Positions 36,737 through 49,640 of a stretch of 64,000 nucleotides of DNA are shown here, piece by piece. The notes under the pieces are model-generated. The model did no database searches, was not told the DNA's origin, and was given only the letters and a program-made list of their open reading frames with translations. This stretch comes from Cirrosporium novae-zelandiae. Its lineage: Eukaryota. Location: contig JAPETS010000022.1 of assembly GCA_026023565.1 (NCBI GenBank), positions 310,001 to 374,000 of the forward strand, in the 5' to 3' direction. Positions within the stretch are counted from its first letter, which is position 1; every line of letters starts with the position of its first letter. The position numbers and the translations under genes are program-made.

Positions 36737-37739
36737 ATTTGTAGGATAGCCGCAAAAGGTTAAATAGTATCAACTACAGTGTTTGGAAGGACTAACGAAT
36801 GGAAGAAGATGGAAGGCTTAGCACCTTGCCCTCTATTTTTAAAATGCAAAAATTTTAATTGATAGATTAAAAAAAATTGCGACGTACAGTACAACAAAAA
36901 TTTTGGGGAGGGGAGGGGCCAGGGGGGGTGTTGGGTAGTAGAAAATGGATAAGTGAGTGGATAGTGAATAGTGAATGTTAATGATGGATGGTAGAGGAAT
37001 AGAAGAATAGGGAATTATAACTTAGGAGATGACAAAAGATGGCTTTAGAGGGGAAGTTCAAGGGGGGGGGGCGAGCTAATTAGGGGCTACAGTAATTAGC
37101 CCTAAAAGCCTTCAAAATAACATGAATAATTAGGAGGAGTGGGAGTGGAAGTGGTAATAGGAAGGACCACTACAACCATAATAATCAACCCAAAGCAACC
37201 CTTCCCCCCCCCTCTCTCAAACACCACAAACCGCACTTATTATTGTATCAATCAATCAATATCTAATATAAAAAAAAGAAGAAGAAAAAAAGTAATCTAT
37301 AAAAAAAGATTTGTTATAGTTTATTAGAATTCTTAGAAAAAATTTCCAAGAAATGAAATATATTATTATTATTATTATTATTATTGTTCTTTATTAATAG
37401 GAGTTTGAAGGGGGTACTACTATAAAGTTGCTGCTGCTGCTGCTGCTGGAGAGAGAAAGAGAGAGAGAGAGGGTTAGAGGTTATGAATATTGTGAATATT
37501 GGAATGGTTTGAAAATGTTTGGATATTGGATATTGGATATTGAATATCACGCCAAGCGTGCGTGCGTGCTTGCGTGGTGTAGTGCGTTACAGGGCCTACA
37601 GAGCATAAACCCATCATTAAAAATTTATAAATTGAGATTTGGGTAATTAGTATGTGAGTAAGATGATATAAATTTTTAAGATAGGTACTTGTTTTACTCG
37701 TGTAATTAAAAAAAAACCAACTCACTGCTCTTACACTCT

Positions 37740-37815
37740 CACTCTTACCCAATTAAGCTAAAAAAAAAAAAAAAAAAGGTACGTGGGATAGATATCTTAG
37801 TGTTGGGGATATATA
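37740..37815 (-). repeat. copy E of dispersed repeat family
   Basis: Reverse complement tatatatccccaacactaagatatctatcccacgtacctttt...agcttaattgggtaagagtg aligns with copy D. Confidence 0.75.
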
Positions 37816-38216
37816 AATATATAATAACATAGATAGATGCAGCGTAATATTGTATAATATAAAAAAAAAAAGAGAGATGGAGGGAATTGAGGGGTTGAGA
37901 TTGGGATGGGGTATATAAATATGTAAATCATTATGATAATAATGCTTTTGTTCCATTTCGTTTCGTTTCGTTTCGTTTCATTCCATTTCATAATTCCATC
38001 TTCTTTCTTCTTCTTTCGTCAGGAGGACGCCGACCGACGAACGACACATCTAGATTCCTCTATTAAGAACACAAGCCCCCAAATCTAAGGCGTACGAGAT
38101 CCCCCACGGTAGCTTTACTCCCCGATTCCAGTAATCAATAGAGTAGAGCCATAGCACCCTTTGCCCATCCGAAATTTCCTCGCCGTATTAACGAACAAAA
38201 CCCCCTCCCACCCCCA

Positions 38217-40323
38217 TCACCATGACGGGCTCCTCACAAGCGTGACAGAAGACCCGTTTCGATCCCTGAGGCCATAATAAGAACTAGTCGCACTAAGAGA
38301 CCCTTGAGATAAATCGTGGGAGGGTCTATATGAAGTTTGGGTTCTTTCGTGGTTTTGATAATTTGAAGCGGTGGATACGCTTTCTGGGGATTCGTTAGGC
38401 AGGCTCCTCTGTTTTTGGTGCGTCGATGCCTCTTCCGCATCGTCCTGCTGTGTGAGCGAGCGTAGGGGGATTTGGGACTCGTCCTTGTTGCACATGATCG
38501 CTAAGTTAGGGCGAAGGAGTTGCACATTTTCCTTCTCGGCTCTCTGTTTCATCTCGCTTACATAGTCTGTATCGCGTAAGATATCTGCGACGGCTAGGCC
38601 GCAGCTTAAAACGGCAATCGAGCTCGACTTCCATACCACGATGCCGGCTTTTCTTGTCTCGAGGACCGTGAGGACGAAGAATGCGGTTCCTGCCACTAGT
38701 AAAAAACATGGGAGTATGATCCATTGCCATTGAACGACGTAGAAGGCGATTATCCTGCCGGACCTGCCTGGAATCAGTGTGCTGTTGTCGGCGCCGTTCC
38801 GGATGGCGTTGCTCATGCTGACTGCAAGGGCGTGGAAGGTAGCGGTTAGATTGGAGCTTTGGTATATAGGTACAATGGAAACGGGGTAATAGTGAAAGCT
38901 TCCGTCGCTGCCTATGAAACCATTGACGTTGGAAATGAATTTTTCGTTGAATGCTAGAAGTCCTTGGAAATAGGAGCTTATGCCGTCGACGGCGGTTTGT
39001 GATATGTTGTAATTATTTCCGAGCATGAGGTCCGTTCTACTAATGGAGGAGAATGAGCCGTTGAACTCGAGGCTGGACTCATAGACTTCTAGAGATTTGT
39101 TGAATCTGAAACCGTTATCTTCGGTACTATATACAGCTTTCCATGAACCCGGTGCTCGACCGGCATTCATAACCTGTACGACCTTCTCCGAGAGTATGCT
39201 GTTCCGAACCGAAGGCTTGTATTCATTAACGCAGTAGTATAGTGCACACTCCGTCGCCTCAACCGGAAGATTTGGCCAGATAGAAGCCTCTGCAATGCTT
39301 TCTCTTATTTTTATTATAGTCATTGACCATACTAGAAGATCCATTGTCTGCAGGCTAATAGTCTCACTTGCATTTCTTGTGCCAAAGCTGGTCATATATA
39401 TGAAAGGTTTGTGATTATCAATATTGTTGATATAAAGACCATTTGGTAAGTTATATTCAGTAAGGTTTCCGGAGGGGATTTCCTCGAGATTAATGAATAT
39501 ATATTCCGGTATAGAATTATTCCCCATCTTCCTCCTAGTAAGACTTGTGGTCACGTTATTGCAAATACTACAAACAGCTAATGACCTAAATGCATCCCAT
39601 TCGCAGTTGTTAGATGGGCATCGAAAGGTTAGTTGTTGCGTCACTGAGTCGATCGGCTCAGCCAGGCCATACAGGACGGCAGATTGCATTGCAAAGTCTG
39701 AATGGGCTGATGCATAACGCCAAATACCAGGATAACGTGAATAATTATCGACGAAATATTTATTACCTTTGGAATAACGTCGAGCTTGGGCGATTCCCGT
39801 TAAATTATCGGGTTTGGAATACTCAAGTCGTGATTGGAGTTGAAGGAGCTGCTGGGCAAATGGGTCAAGACCGAGGGCCAAAATGGTAATTACAGCACCA
39901 ATCCAAGCGTATGCCCTTCACACCATCTGCATATTAGCTCATAAACATAAGAATGACTGAGCAAAAAGTGACTGACATTCCTCTGGTTCTCCACAACAGC
40001 TTCATACTTCCAAGTGGTCCTCGGCTTGAGCAATCAATGATATCCAAATCAATTAGCCGTTGTTGCCGCCGAGAAAACAGTATCCATTTCCACTGACTAA
40101 TACTTTCCACAACAGCCAGAACTAGGCAGGCTTTATAGGCTGTAGATAGCAGCGACACGATGGCGTTAAGTGTTACACCATACCAGTCAAATATGGGCCT
40201 GTTATTGAAATATTGTAGGAGGATAGCCATAGCAACTAGAGATAGGAAGCATCCAACTAAGGCAAGAGTTTCAAGGAGCCATCTATCTCCGATGGATTTT
40301 GTCTTAGGCTGAGATTGTACCAT
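38217..40323 (-). CDS. DUF3176-family membrane protein, 2 exons
   Basis: WLLETLAL...GVTLNAIVSLLS...ESISQWKW...SRGPLGS, then LGLDPFAQQLL, CPSNNCEWDAFRSLAVCSIC, ATECALYYCV, SMSNAIR, VQWQWIILP, WKSSSIA. ATG at 40323. Confidence 0.88.
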
Positions 40324-41369
40324 GTTTGAGGAATAGACAACAGACGAGGCAAATTTCAAGGTTGAAAAGACGTCGATGAGATAAGTGTTTTCTGGAAGCA
40401 CCGATTTAACTTGGTGGACATGAACGAAAGGAAGAAAGAGTAGAAAAATGTGAACAATAGACAAAAGTTTGGAGTAGAAGTTCTTTAATCATTATCTTCT
40501 CTTTGAGGGGTTCAGTTGTATGGGTTATACAGAAGACTTTGGGCATGCATAGTGTGGCTCTCGTCCAAGGCAATCTCAGAGGGTTCACAGCAGGTAACAG
40601 GCCAAGAATTCTATGTAGAAGCCCAAATTATGCATCGAATCAATTATTTCATTGAACAACCTGATAAAAAGGAAATAATAGCCGTCAAGTCCAGCCTCCT
40701 GGAGTGATATGCACTCCATGGACAACCGTCCACCAGTCTCCCTTAATATTGACCCATCAAGGATATTTTTTCCAGGACAATCTTATATTGTACGAAGGCT
40801 ACGCCACTATCGTGGTCGCTCATTGAGAAATAAGAATGTCCAGGAATGCCATACCTCGTTGAGGCAGCCATGGGTACTATTTAGTACGTAGCACAATTTC
40901 TTAACTATAAAAGCGAATAAAAGCGAATTCTACTGTATCACACGACGCAGACCAGTGTTTGACTCTTGCACTGAGAAGAAGTTGGGAGGGAGTCCTTTTC
41001 AATAAAGCTAGCTCGTGAGCGAGGGGTTGAGAGGGCCTAGATAAGCAGGTGCATATTAAAACTGTAGGAAGGATAACGAGAAAACAAGAATCTCTGTAAG
41101 AATCTCCTAGTCAAGGGTCTTACTGATTGGTGGTACTGTTGTTGATTGCTGAGCAAAGCTCAGCTGAGGGTCTCTATCTAAGGACGTGGCGCACGGGCCA
41201 TATAAGGCTAGAACCCCAGCGTTATAATCTAGTGACCGTATCACGACGTTTATATGCTTTTCTTAAAAGAATTATGTATGATTATCGTTGTAATAACATT
41301 GACGGTTAATGCAAAAAGAAAAAGAAAAAATTTCCCGCTCTAAAAAAAACAAAAAGATGAAATTCATTC

Positions 41370-41456
41370 CTCCCTGTCAGGGAATCGAACCCTGGTCTCC
41401 CGCGGCTTGTGCAAATGAATGACAAGCGGAAATCATAGCCACTAGACCAACAAGGA
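41370..41456 (-). tRNA. tRNA-Asp(GTC) with 15-nt intron
   Basis: TCCTTGT/ACAGGGA acceptor stem plus G discriminator. D-loop TAGTGG. Anticodon arm TCCGC-TTGTCA[intron 41405-41419]C-GCGGG. T-loop GTTCGATTC. Oligo-T terminator downstream. Confidence 0.95.
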
Positions 41457-42541
41457 AATTCAAATTTGTTTTTTTCTTGAAAAAAGGCGGCGGAAAATAT
41501 GTAGAAATAGATAGCAGATTAGATATAGGTATCTATAAAATATAAAAAGAGCGTGAGGTACGACCCGGTTTGAGGAGGCTATGTGTGGTGTGTTTGCGAT
41601 GTTTCTCTGTTCCCTTGGAAATTTTACGGAACATGAGAAGACGGTTTCAGTGCCCTTCCTTGAAGCTGTTGTTGTTTGTTGGTTGGTATATAATTGATGA
41701 CTTGGGTAGCTAATAATGGTAGATTATGAGAAACTATGACTATGACTTTGGCTGTTCTTGTTTATTTAAAAATTGAAAGGTCGATGTAATTATGTATACT
41801 TGGGCATTCATATATAGTAATTGTCTGGAAGGTATTTAGGGCTGAGCTGTGTATATATGTGTGTATCCGTGCATTGCCAAGTCAAGGCGGTTTATGAGGG
41901 GGGCGATCTGTCAGTAATTCTGGGGGCCTAAAATTACCTTGTCTTTGGTATTTTGAGGGGGCGTTTAATCTATATACAGTATGTCCCTGAAGAAGAATCA
42001 ATAATAGTGGATCTACTTCATACCATATCGCCACCTTTATAAATCCCCCCAGAGCCTAGGTCGATCCACACATGTTTGAACTCTCTTATCTTCTAAAGTA
42101 AACGTCCTTTAGAGAGACCTCGTAGAGGAGGTTAACCACTGCCGTCATCCTCCTTCTCTCTCCATGAGAAGAATTCGAACATCCGACTGGTCCATCTTAA
42201 ATTTCCTCTCTTTACCAGCATAACCCCTATCCATCGCTACATCTTCTTCCCCGGCAAAAGTCCCTTCCAATCCAACTTAGCTGGAGGGAAATGTCATATA
42301 TCGTCACTGAAAGTGACGATTTTCAACAATTACGTTTATCCGTTAGTCTGTATCATGGCTCTCATACTCATGTCATCGTATTAACTTTGGAAGGACCAGA
42401 AAACCACCAACGATTCCATTCGAACCACTCTTGACTATGATATAGAACTCGATCCATTCATCGGTCGTCCTTTTTTTATAAGAACGTATATTTAGTAGTT
42501 AACTCTCTAATAATATAGATAGAGTATGGCATTTTTTTAAT

Positions 42542-43058
42542 TTATTTTTTTTCTTCGGGAGGGGTGAAGTCGAAGCGGGGAAGGACCTTTCGTTCTTCAC
42601 CTAGGTAAACTATCAAAAATGAATGTCAACTTATATTTTTCGGAGAGCGAGGAAAGTAGAATGCTATTTATTCGAGAGGACCTTACCACGCTTGAATAAC
42701 AAATAGCTGGTCACAAGTACAATGGGTAATGCGACAATCAAAGCTGTCACTCTACCAGGGATATATATATTAGCTTCCAATTTTTTGGGCGCTCTCAATT
42801 GAAGGAGCTTCAAAAAACCACATGATCCATAAACTCTTAGAAAAAAGCTCCAAGTATCCTTTATCTTATATCTAAGAAAATGTGCTTGTCTTATTACCTT
42901 CTTGCGGCAGGTTTGTATTTTTCTGGCATCCGTCCATCATTTTGAGGAGGTGGGTGACGCGGAGGAGGGCGGGTTGATGACGGTGGGGGCCTTGGTTTGG
43001 GGTTGTTGTGTTTTGGAGGGGTAAATCTGGTGAGGAAAATAGGGGATACTTTGAACAT
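42542..43058 (-). CDS. small (97 aa) single-TM protein, probably mitochondrial, 3 exons
   Basis: Exons 43058-42898, 42751-42687 and 42609-42542 with GT/AG and branch sites. Spliced product MFKVSPIFLTRF...KYKPAARRVTALIVALPIVLVTSYLLFKRVYLGEERKVLPRFDFTPPEEKK*. Confidence 0.82.
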
Positions 43059-43441
43059 TGTTGATTGGGTTGATAGATATTGTGGGATTGAGAATAGACG
43101 ATGGTGGTGGTTATTGACTGAGAGAAACGATGGATGATGTGGGTTACACAAGAACTGGGGAATTGGTGGCCGGGGGCTTCGGCGTTCTCGCGGCACCTGA
43201 GCTTCTTTACTATGGTATGGTTGAAAGGACTCTTACCAGAATATTTTATTAACTAGCTAAAATACTAAAAAGCTTTGAATATTAATAGCAATTAGGGTGC
43301 ACTTCAGAATACAGCCTGTCTTATCCCGAAATTTAAATTTTATTCTATCATGGCTAACATCTATATACAAGGATTGGCGTTTTCTATCATGACATGTATG
43401 GCTAACAGTTATAACGGTAATAACGGTATTTCAATCCAACT

Positions 43442-45336
43442 TTAGTTAAGGATCTTCTTGCCAGCGGTCAAATCAACAAATGGAAGCTTTATGGAATCTT
43501 TAATGAATTCCAGTGCTTCTATCACCTTTTCATCATCATATCGTCTTCCAACTAGCTGCAATGAGATAGGGGCATCCCGGTATTTCTCAGGTTCGTCTAT
43601 GTGATGTCAGTCTGAATACTATTTGAATGTTCAAACCATGGGATGCTTACATAATTTATAGTTGAATTCGTCACTCTCGTTCATAGGCTTGTAGCCTTCT
43701 TCAACTTTGTCGATGGCTGGATCTACTTGGCTGACCGGGAATACAACAGCTGGGTAATCCAGGAGGTTCCATTGACTTGTGTAGCCCCAATACCTAGCCT
43801 GATCATGAGGGGGTGCCGCTCCAGGTCCAACTGGACAAATGATAACGTCCACCATTCCAGCGGGTTCGCCATCTAATCCTGTTTCTGAAGCTGTTTGGTT
43901 CCATACAGCGGCATACTCGGCTCTATAAGCGTCTCGTTGAATTGCCAACTTCCAGCTCCCTGGCATGGTTAGGTTTTTGCAGTTCTTGTTCTCTTTGATA
44001 ATGAAGTTTGAAAGTGGTCGCCACGGTTCTCCTGAGGCATCAATAGCCTCAGACTCTTGTTGTGCTCCATCAGGAAAGTAGAGGGCTGAGATGATATCCC
44101 ATGCCAAATCGTGTTTATAGGGCTTCCAGTCCACCACTTCTACACCAGGGACATTCTTTACCTTCTCGACAACTTCCCTGAGTGCCCTGATAATTGGAGG
44201 ATGTGGCTTAACAACACCATCATCCCAAAGTACGCCAATTTTCAGGCTCTTCTGGCCAGGAGGACCAAGGTAGCTTTCATCATCTTTCCAAGGCATGGGA
44301 AGTAATGATGGTTCGACCAACCAGGGTTTTGTCCCAAGCGCACTCCTCATAAACAGCTTAATACCTTCAAGGCTGGTGCTGAAAGGTCCAACCACCCCTA
44401 AAATAAGTTCTGCTCCAGCCATAGTTGCTATCCAGCCGTTGGTAGGTAATCTGGACGTTGATGGTCGGAATCCATACCTTACATATACTCAGTGATTAAG
44501 CAAAACCAAACTCTGAAAAACTTACACTCCGTTGTTTGCGGCTGGTCCTCTAATGCTCCCGCCAATGTCAGAACCAACTCCCATACATGAGCCCCGAAGG
44601 CCTAGCAATGCCCCTTCTCCCCCAGACGAACCACCAGAGGTCAAATTTCGATTAAATGGGTTGACAGTAACACCATAAAGATTATTGGAGGTTTCAAGAT
44701 GCATCTGGCTGCTCTTAGCCTTTATGATCAATTGGACTGGGGCCTTCAACTTACCAATGTTTGCGGCTCGGCTGTTCTCACGTAGAAGATACAGCCTGCC
44801 TTCCATAATAGCTTGAGAAGAAGAGCATCATCTTCAGCGATTTTATCCCACCAGCTACAAAACCCAGCATTCGTGCGCATCCCTTTCATGCCAAGATGCT
44901 CTTTGACGCTAATCGGTAGACCGTGCAATGGACCAATAATTCCATGGGTGACAAAGTATTCATCGAGGAATCGTGCGCGTTCAAGAGCACGTTCTGGTAA
45001 AAGTTCCGTCACACAATTGGTCTACCAAATCTTCAAGTTAGGAATCGAGGATAACTGTCAACGGTGGGGACCTACAAGCTTTGAGGCGACACCTGCTCGG
45101 CGCAGGAAAGCATTTGCAACATCTACACTTTTCAGTTTTCCAGAATGAATACGTGAGAGAAGCTCCTCAGGAAGGCTTTCGGTTATGTCGATTTCCTCTG
45201 CTGTCAAAACCTCCTTTGGGATTCCGGTCACGTTGAGAGGTAATTCAGAAGGGACATCAGGAATTGGAGGCTTGACTTGAGCAAAAGTTTCTTCACGATA
45301 TTTCTGCGCTTTCTGCGCGACTTCTTGCCAGGTCAT
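43442..45336 (-). CDS. amidase-signature family protein (acetamidase/general amidase-like), ~6 exons
   Basis: GPLHGLPISVKE (catalytic Lys), GGSSGGEGA, GSDIGGSIRGPAA (catalytic Ser), YTSQWNLLDYP, terminal PISLQLVGRRYDDEK...ILN*. Confidence 0.94.
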
Positions 45337-45503
45337 ATTTGTTTTGTTCTAATGAAGAGAGATGTTGAGGGGAAAAAGGAAAGAAAGTAGTTATTCGGAG
45401 TGGAATAGCTGGTAGCACAACTTGCAAGCGAAAGATATCTCATTGGTATTATATCATTAATCGGAAGCCCGCATGGCGGGGTTCAATTGCAGCGGTCGTT
45501 TAA

Positions 45504-45879
45504 CTTATCAATCTTGGTAGGATGTAGTGATAAGGACAAAGCAAGATAGTGGACCGGGGGAGATGGAGATGTTCAGAGAGCGAGGAATGGGGTAGGTCTA
45601 TCCGAGGAAAGGGAACAAATGCGCGCTTATCTGTTTTATACGGGAAAGGATTCCAATTGAAGAGGGTGTCATCAGGCTGAAACATTTGTATGCCTTTACA
45701 TTATCATCAACATCTAGAGTAGTATTTAAACCTTACCTGTAGATATTTGAGGGGACAAGGGAGCTTTTAAGTTAATGTGCTAAGATAATGTTGCCATCTT
45801 GATTGCACCGTGCGACAGGGATGTTTGGCTGTGCCAATTGTGCTAGCAAGGGTTGACAGAGTGGCGTTGAAATTTATCT
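45504..45879. promoter_or_regulatory. cluster of 7 HGATAR sites upstream of the amidase (candidate AreA/NIT2-type nitrogen control)
   Basis: Sites at ~45504, 45528, 45544, 45626, 45701, 45783 and 45874 on both strands. Function is inferred from known GATA-factor control of fungal amidases. Confidence 0.45.
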
Positions 45880-46058
45880 TGTTCTGGTTCTTGGGCTTTA
45901 AACGGCACATCAATCCACTATCATAGAATCAATCGAATTTTCAAATCCTACTACTTTTGAAAGTATACTTTAATTAACTACGATACGGCGTGAAGCTGTA
46001 CTTAACATACTTGACATACTTTGAAACAGAGGATAAGTGGAGGTTATCCATCTCATCT

Positions 46059-47329
46059 TTACCAAGCGGCATGTCCACCATCCATTCTCAGATCTGCGCC
46101 AGTCATGAAGCTGCTGGCATCACTTATCAAAAAGACAGCTGCTCCTCTATATTCTTGAGGACCACTTAGTCTTTGAAGCATATTTTGCTTCGGCCAGTCG
46201 ACCCTACGTTCTGGGAACCTCTGGAAGAGTTCTTCTACCATTGCCGTGACGATATAACCAGGTGAAATGGTATTCACACGAATACCATATTCTCCCCATT
46301 CTGAAGCTAGATTTCGGGATAATTGAAGGACACCGGCCTTGGAAGCGTTGTACGCGGGGCAGATCAAACCCTATGGTGAATACAAGTAAGCATCTGGGAG
46401 AACACATGGATCGGAGTGGTATGATAAAAAATGTTGATATCATATCAACATCATGGTGATTGAAGGTGGGTACAATCATGCTTGTATAAAAGATGAGAGA
46501 TGCCGATTCTTTCAAAGAAGAATTTCTTTAAGAAAATGTGCCGTGACTCAAAAAAAAGAGTGAAGGGAACATCTAGTCAACATACCCTATTCGCAATGGT
46601 TGCACTCATGCTTGCAATCATAGCAATACTCCCTCCGTTCCCAAACTTAATCATCTGTTTTGCAACAGCCTGCGCGGTCATAAACACTCCTGTGATATTG
46701 ACTTCAAACATAGTATTTGCATCCTTTGCAGTATATTCTAACGCAGGGGTTTCTTGCTGGATACCCGCGGCCGCAATAAGACCGTCTAGACGTCCATTTT
46801 CTTCTCCAATATTTTCAATAATTTTATTCAACTCGTCTACCTCCCGAACATCGATCCGACGATAATGTAATGAGGTGCCTAATTCCTCCTCGGCGCGTTT
46901 TTGAACCCGGAAAAAATCCGGAGACTGGGGTTGTTAGAATCAATATGAAGGACAAAGGGAGTTGGGGGAACTCGCAGGTTCGGGGAGTCGATCAAGAGCA
47001 TATACTGTTGCGCCGGCTTCGAGTAATGCTTCGGCACAAGTGAGACCTAACCCACGAGCTGCACCAGACACCAAGACGACCTTGTCTACCAGATTGAACT
47101 CTGGAAGGCGTTTGGTGGTGCCAAGAAATGTGGGTGCTTCTTGTTTAGTTTCAAGGTTGATGGCTTCATCTGAAGGAGACGACGGTGGTCCACGACCTTG
47201 TGAGGTGAGAGAGGCGGGGGTGCTGGCAAAGTTTCTAACAATACTAGAAGCAACAAAACTCCTTGAGGATATGGAACATGCCGCTTTGGAAATTTGGCTT
47301 TTGGATATCTGTCGGATTGCAAAACTCAT
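46059..47329 (-). CDS. short-chain dehydrogenase/reductase (D-arabinitol 2-dehydrogenase/sorbose reductase-like) with mitochondrial-type presequence, 3 exons
   Basis: VSGAARGLG, IAAAGI, IASMS, YNASK, IRVNTISPG, DGG motifs. Arg/Ser-rich N-terminus MSFAIRQISKSQISK. Confidence 0.92.
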
Positions 47330-48441
47330 TGCGAAAGTTTTCAATGTCTCAAGAGTGATACAAAAATGGCGACCGAGGGTCTACAGGAAATCCACAAGAA
47401 TTGACGGCAAAATTATACCAAAAAAAAAAGTCTAAAGGGGGTATATTGGATCTGAAAATCCTGGGTCTGAAACAAGAGTGGAGAAGTATCTTAATATAAA
47501 AGAATAAGAATAAAACAACTGCTTGTTCCGGCAAAACGAAGTGGATAAAGATCAGAGACGGGTTATATAGGCAATGAATTAATCAACGGAGGAGGTGGAA
47601 TGGGGCCACCTGATCAGAAAGAACAATTCCGCAGGTCCCTGTCATTGATCCAGCGAGTACCATAGACGATAGAGGAAATTCCGTAAAAAATTGGTACTTG
47701 AATACCAATCACTGGATGAGCATGCATCATAGATACACACACACCACAGATACAATGAATAGTACAGCTCCAGGTCAATCGCATCGCAATCGAACTAATT
47801 CCCTCATCTACCGAGCAAAATCTCGCAGCCGTTGGGTTATTCAATCGAAGAAATAAACAGCCCCAATTGGCTCAGAACAAAGATTCACGAAAGGCGGGGT
47901 GCGTGAATGTAGGTGTTGTACGTGAATGGTGGGGCCTTTTCTTTGACATCAGAGCAAGAGGAGGTACTTGCGCATGTACTCTACTGTACATAAGTACACT
48001 CCCTTCCCCCACATCCCCCATCCATAGCTTTTCGGAATTCCCAATCAAGACATCCCGTCCCCCATCCCCGTCCCGCTCACGGCACTGCTGGAAACAGGAA
48101 GACCACAATGAAAAAAAAAATATATCCGTCTTGCATGCATATACTCCATAGAAAACTATTATTTTATTCGGTTTAATCATTACCCGAATTTACGTGGGGA
48201 TGGACGAGATGAGACGGGAACGGGAATATACACTCCAAACGGGTTGTTGTTGTTGTGATCCTTAAAACGGCAAAAATTGAAGCTCGTCCCCCCACAACCC
48301 CAGTAAACAAGCCCGTGACATCATCCATCATCGAGTCCCATATCGCGCCAAATTTAAGCTTTCTCAAAAAAAACGTGGAGAAGAATCAAAATCAAAAAAC
48401 TCCTACCCCCCCCCCACAACTCCGGGCTGTATACAAAAATA

Positions 48442-49236
48442 ATGGGTTCTTCTATTTCCAAATCCACAAAATCTGCAGCTACCTCTGCAAAGGCACTGCG
48501 TCGATATCCTACACGTATTCCTCCAACAACGACAACAACAACAACATCCACATCCGCGAAACCAGCTCCAGCTCCTCCGCAACACCCAGGACCAGGACTA
48601 GGTCCAACCACAACCATCCATGCCAATTCCAAAAAACCACCGCTACATGCAAATGCAAATGCAAGTAGTAGGTTCAAAAAAGATGAAGGTACGTAAAAAG
48701 AGAGAGAGAGAGAGATAGAATCTCTCATCTCCTTACTCTTACCCATAGCCAAACTCTTCAATTAGAAAAAGGACTTAAACTAATAATAGAGCTACTGTGC
48801 TGTACTAGGAATAATCCGTGACGGGCTCGACCCAACAGCACCCGACAACAAGGACAAAGATCCCTCCTCCCTCCCCTCCTCAACATTCTCATCCCGCCTC
48901 TCAACCCTCAATCCCGTAACGCCCCCCTCTCCCTTCCCTTCCCCCCCCTCCTCCCTCTCCCCCCACAACCCCAACTCCACCCCCCCAAACCCATCCCTCC
49001 AACTCCTCAAAGCCCGCAACCACCTATCCAATCTAGCCGAAGCCGAATTCTCAAAAATAGGAAAAAAGGGAATGGATCAAGGAAGAGAGTTTTTGGATGC
49101 TGCGACTATCAGGAGGGTTTTGGAATTGTGTGAGAAGGGGGGAGAGGGGGAGGTTAAGGAGGTTGAGAGGAGGATGGGGTTGAGGGGAGGGTTTGTGGGG
49201 GAGGTTAGGGGAGGGGGAGTTTTTGGGGTTGTGTGA
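48442..49236 (+). CDS. conserved fungal hypothetical protein with C-terminal HTH-like segment, 2 exons
   Basis: MGSSISK...RRYPTR...KKDE|GIIRDGLDP...FSSRLSTL...NPSLQLLKARNHL...REFLDAATIRRVLEL...EVERRMGL...GVV*. Intron ~48689-48808. Confidence 0.75.
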
Positions 49237-49640
49237 TTTAGACACAAGGTTTGAGGGGGAAATATTTGAATGAATGGATGGATGGAAAAGTCGAATTGGT
49301 GGCCCCCCTCCCCCCGTTTTACAACTATTGGTTTACGAAGTTATATACCCACACCCATTCCCTTTGCGACAGATAAATTCTCTCAAAACTACACTCATGA
49401 ATTCTATTTCAAAACAACTCAAATAACTTCTCATTTGAATTTTTGAAAGTATTGCTCTTCATCTTGCGCATGATGTTATATATATGCACTCCATTCATTC
49501 CCATCCATAGAGCCCTTTCAGATTCCCCCCCATCTCAAGGACCCAAAACCCTTTATAATAGAAGAACCCTTTTTCTTTGATATCAATCCACTTTTTTAGT
49601 TGGCTGCTGCAGAGAGGCCTCCTCTCTCTACTCTCTATAT

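Noticed and set aside
36618..37815. Repeat copies D and E as TIRs of a 1.2-kb transposon
   Set aside because: Copies A and C face the opposite way and F is unpaired. Independent insertions fit better, and no TSD was seen.
27600..41456. Starship or other autonomous mobile element
   Set aside because: No tyrosine recombinase (DUF3435), transposase, RT or integrase ORF is visible in the window.
43442..47329. Amidase + SDR as a secondary-metabolite cluster
   Set aside because: No PKS, NRPS or terpene backbone gene and no cluster regulator; both are ordinary catabolic enzymes.
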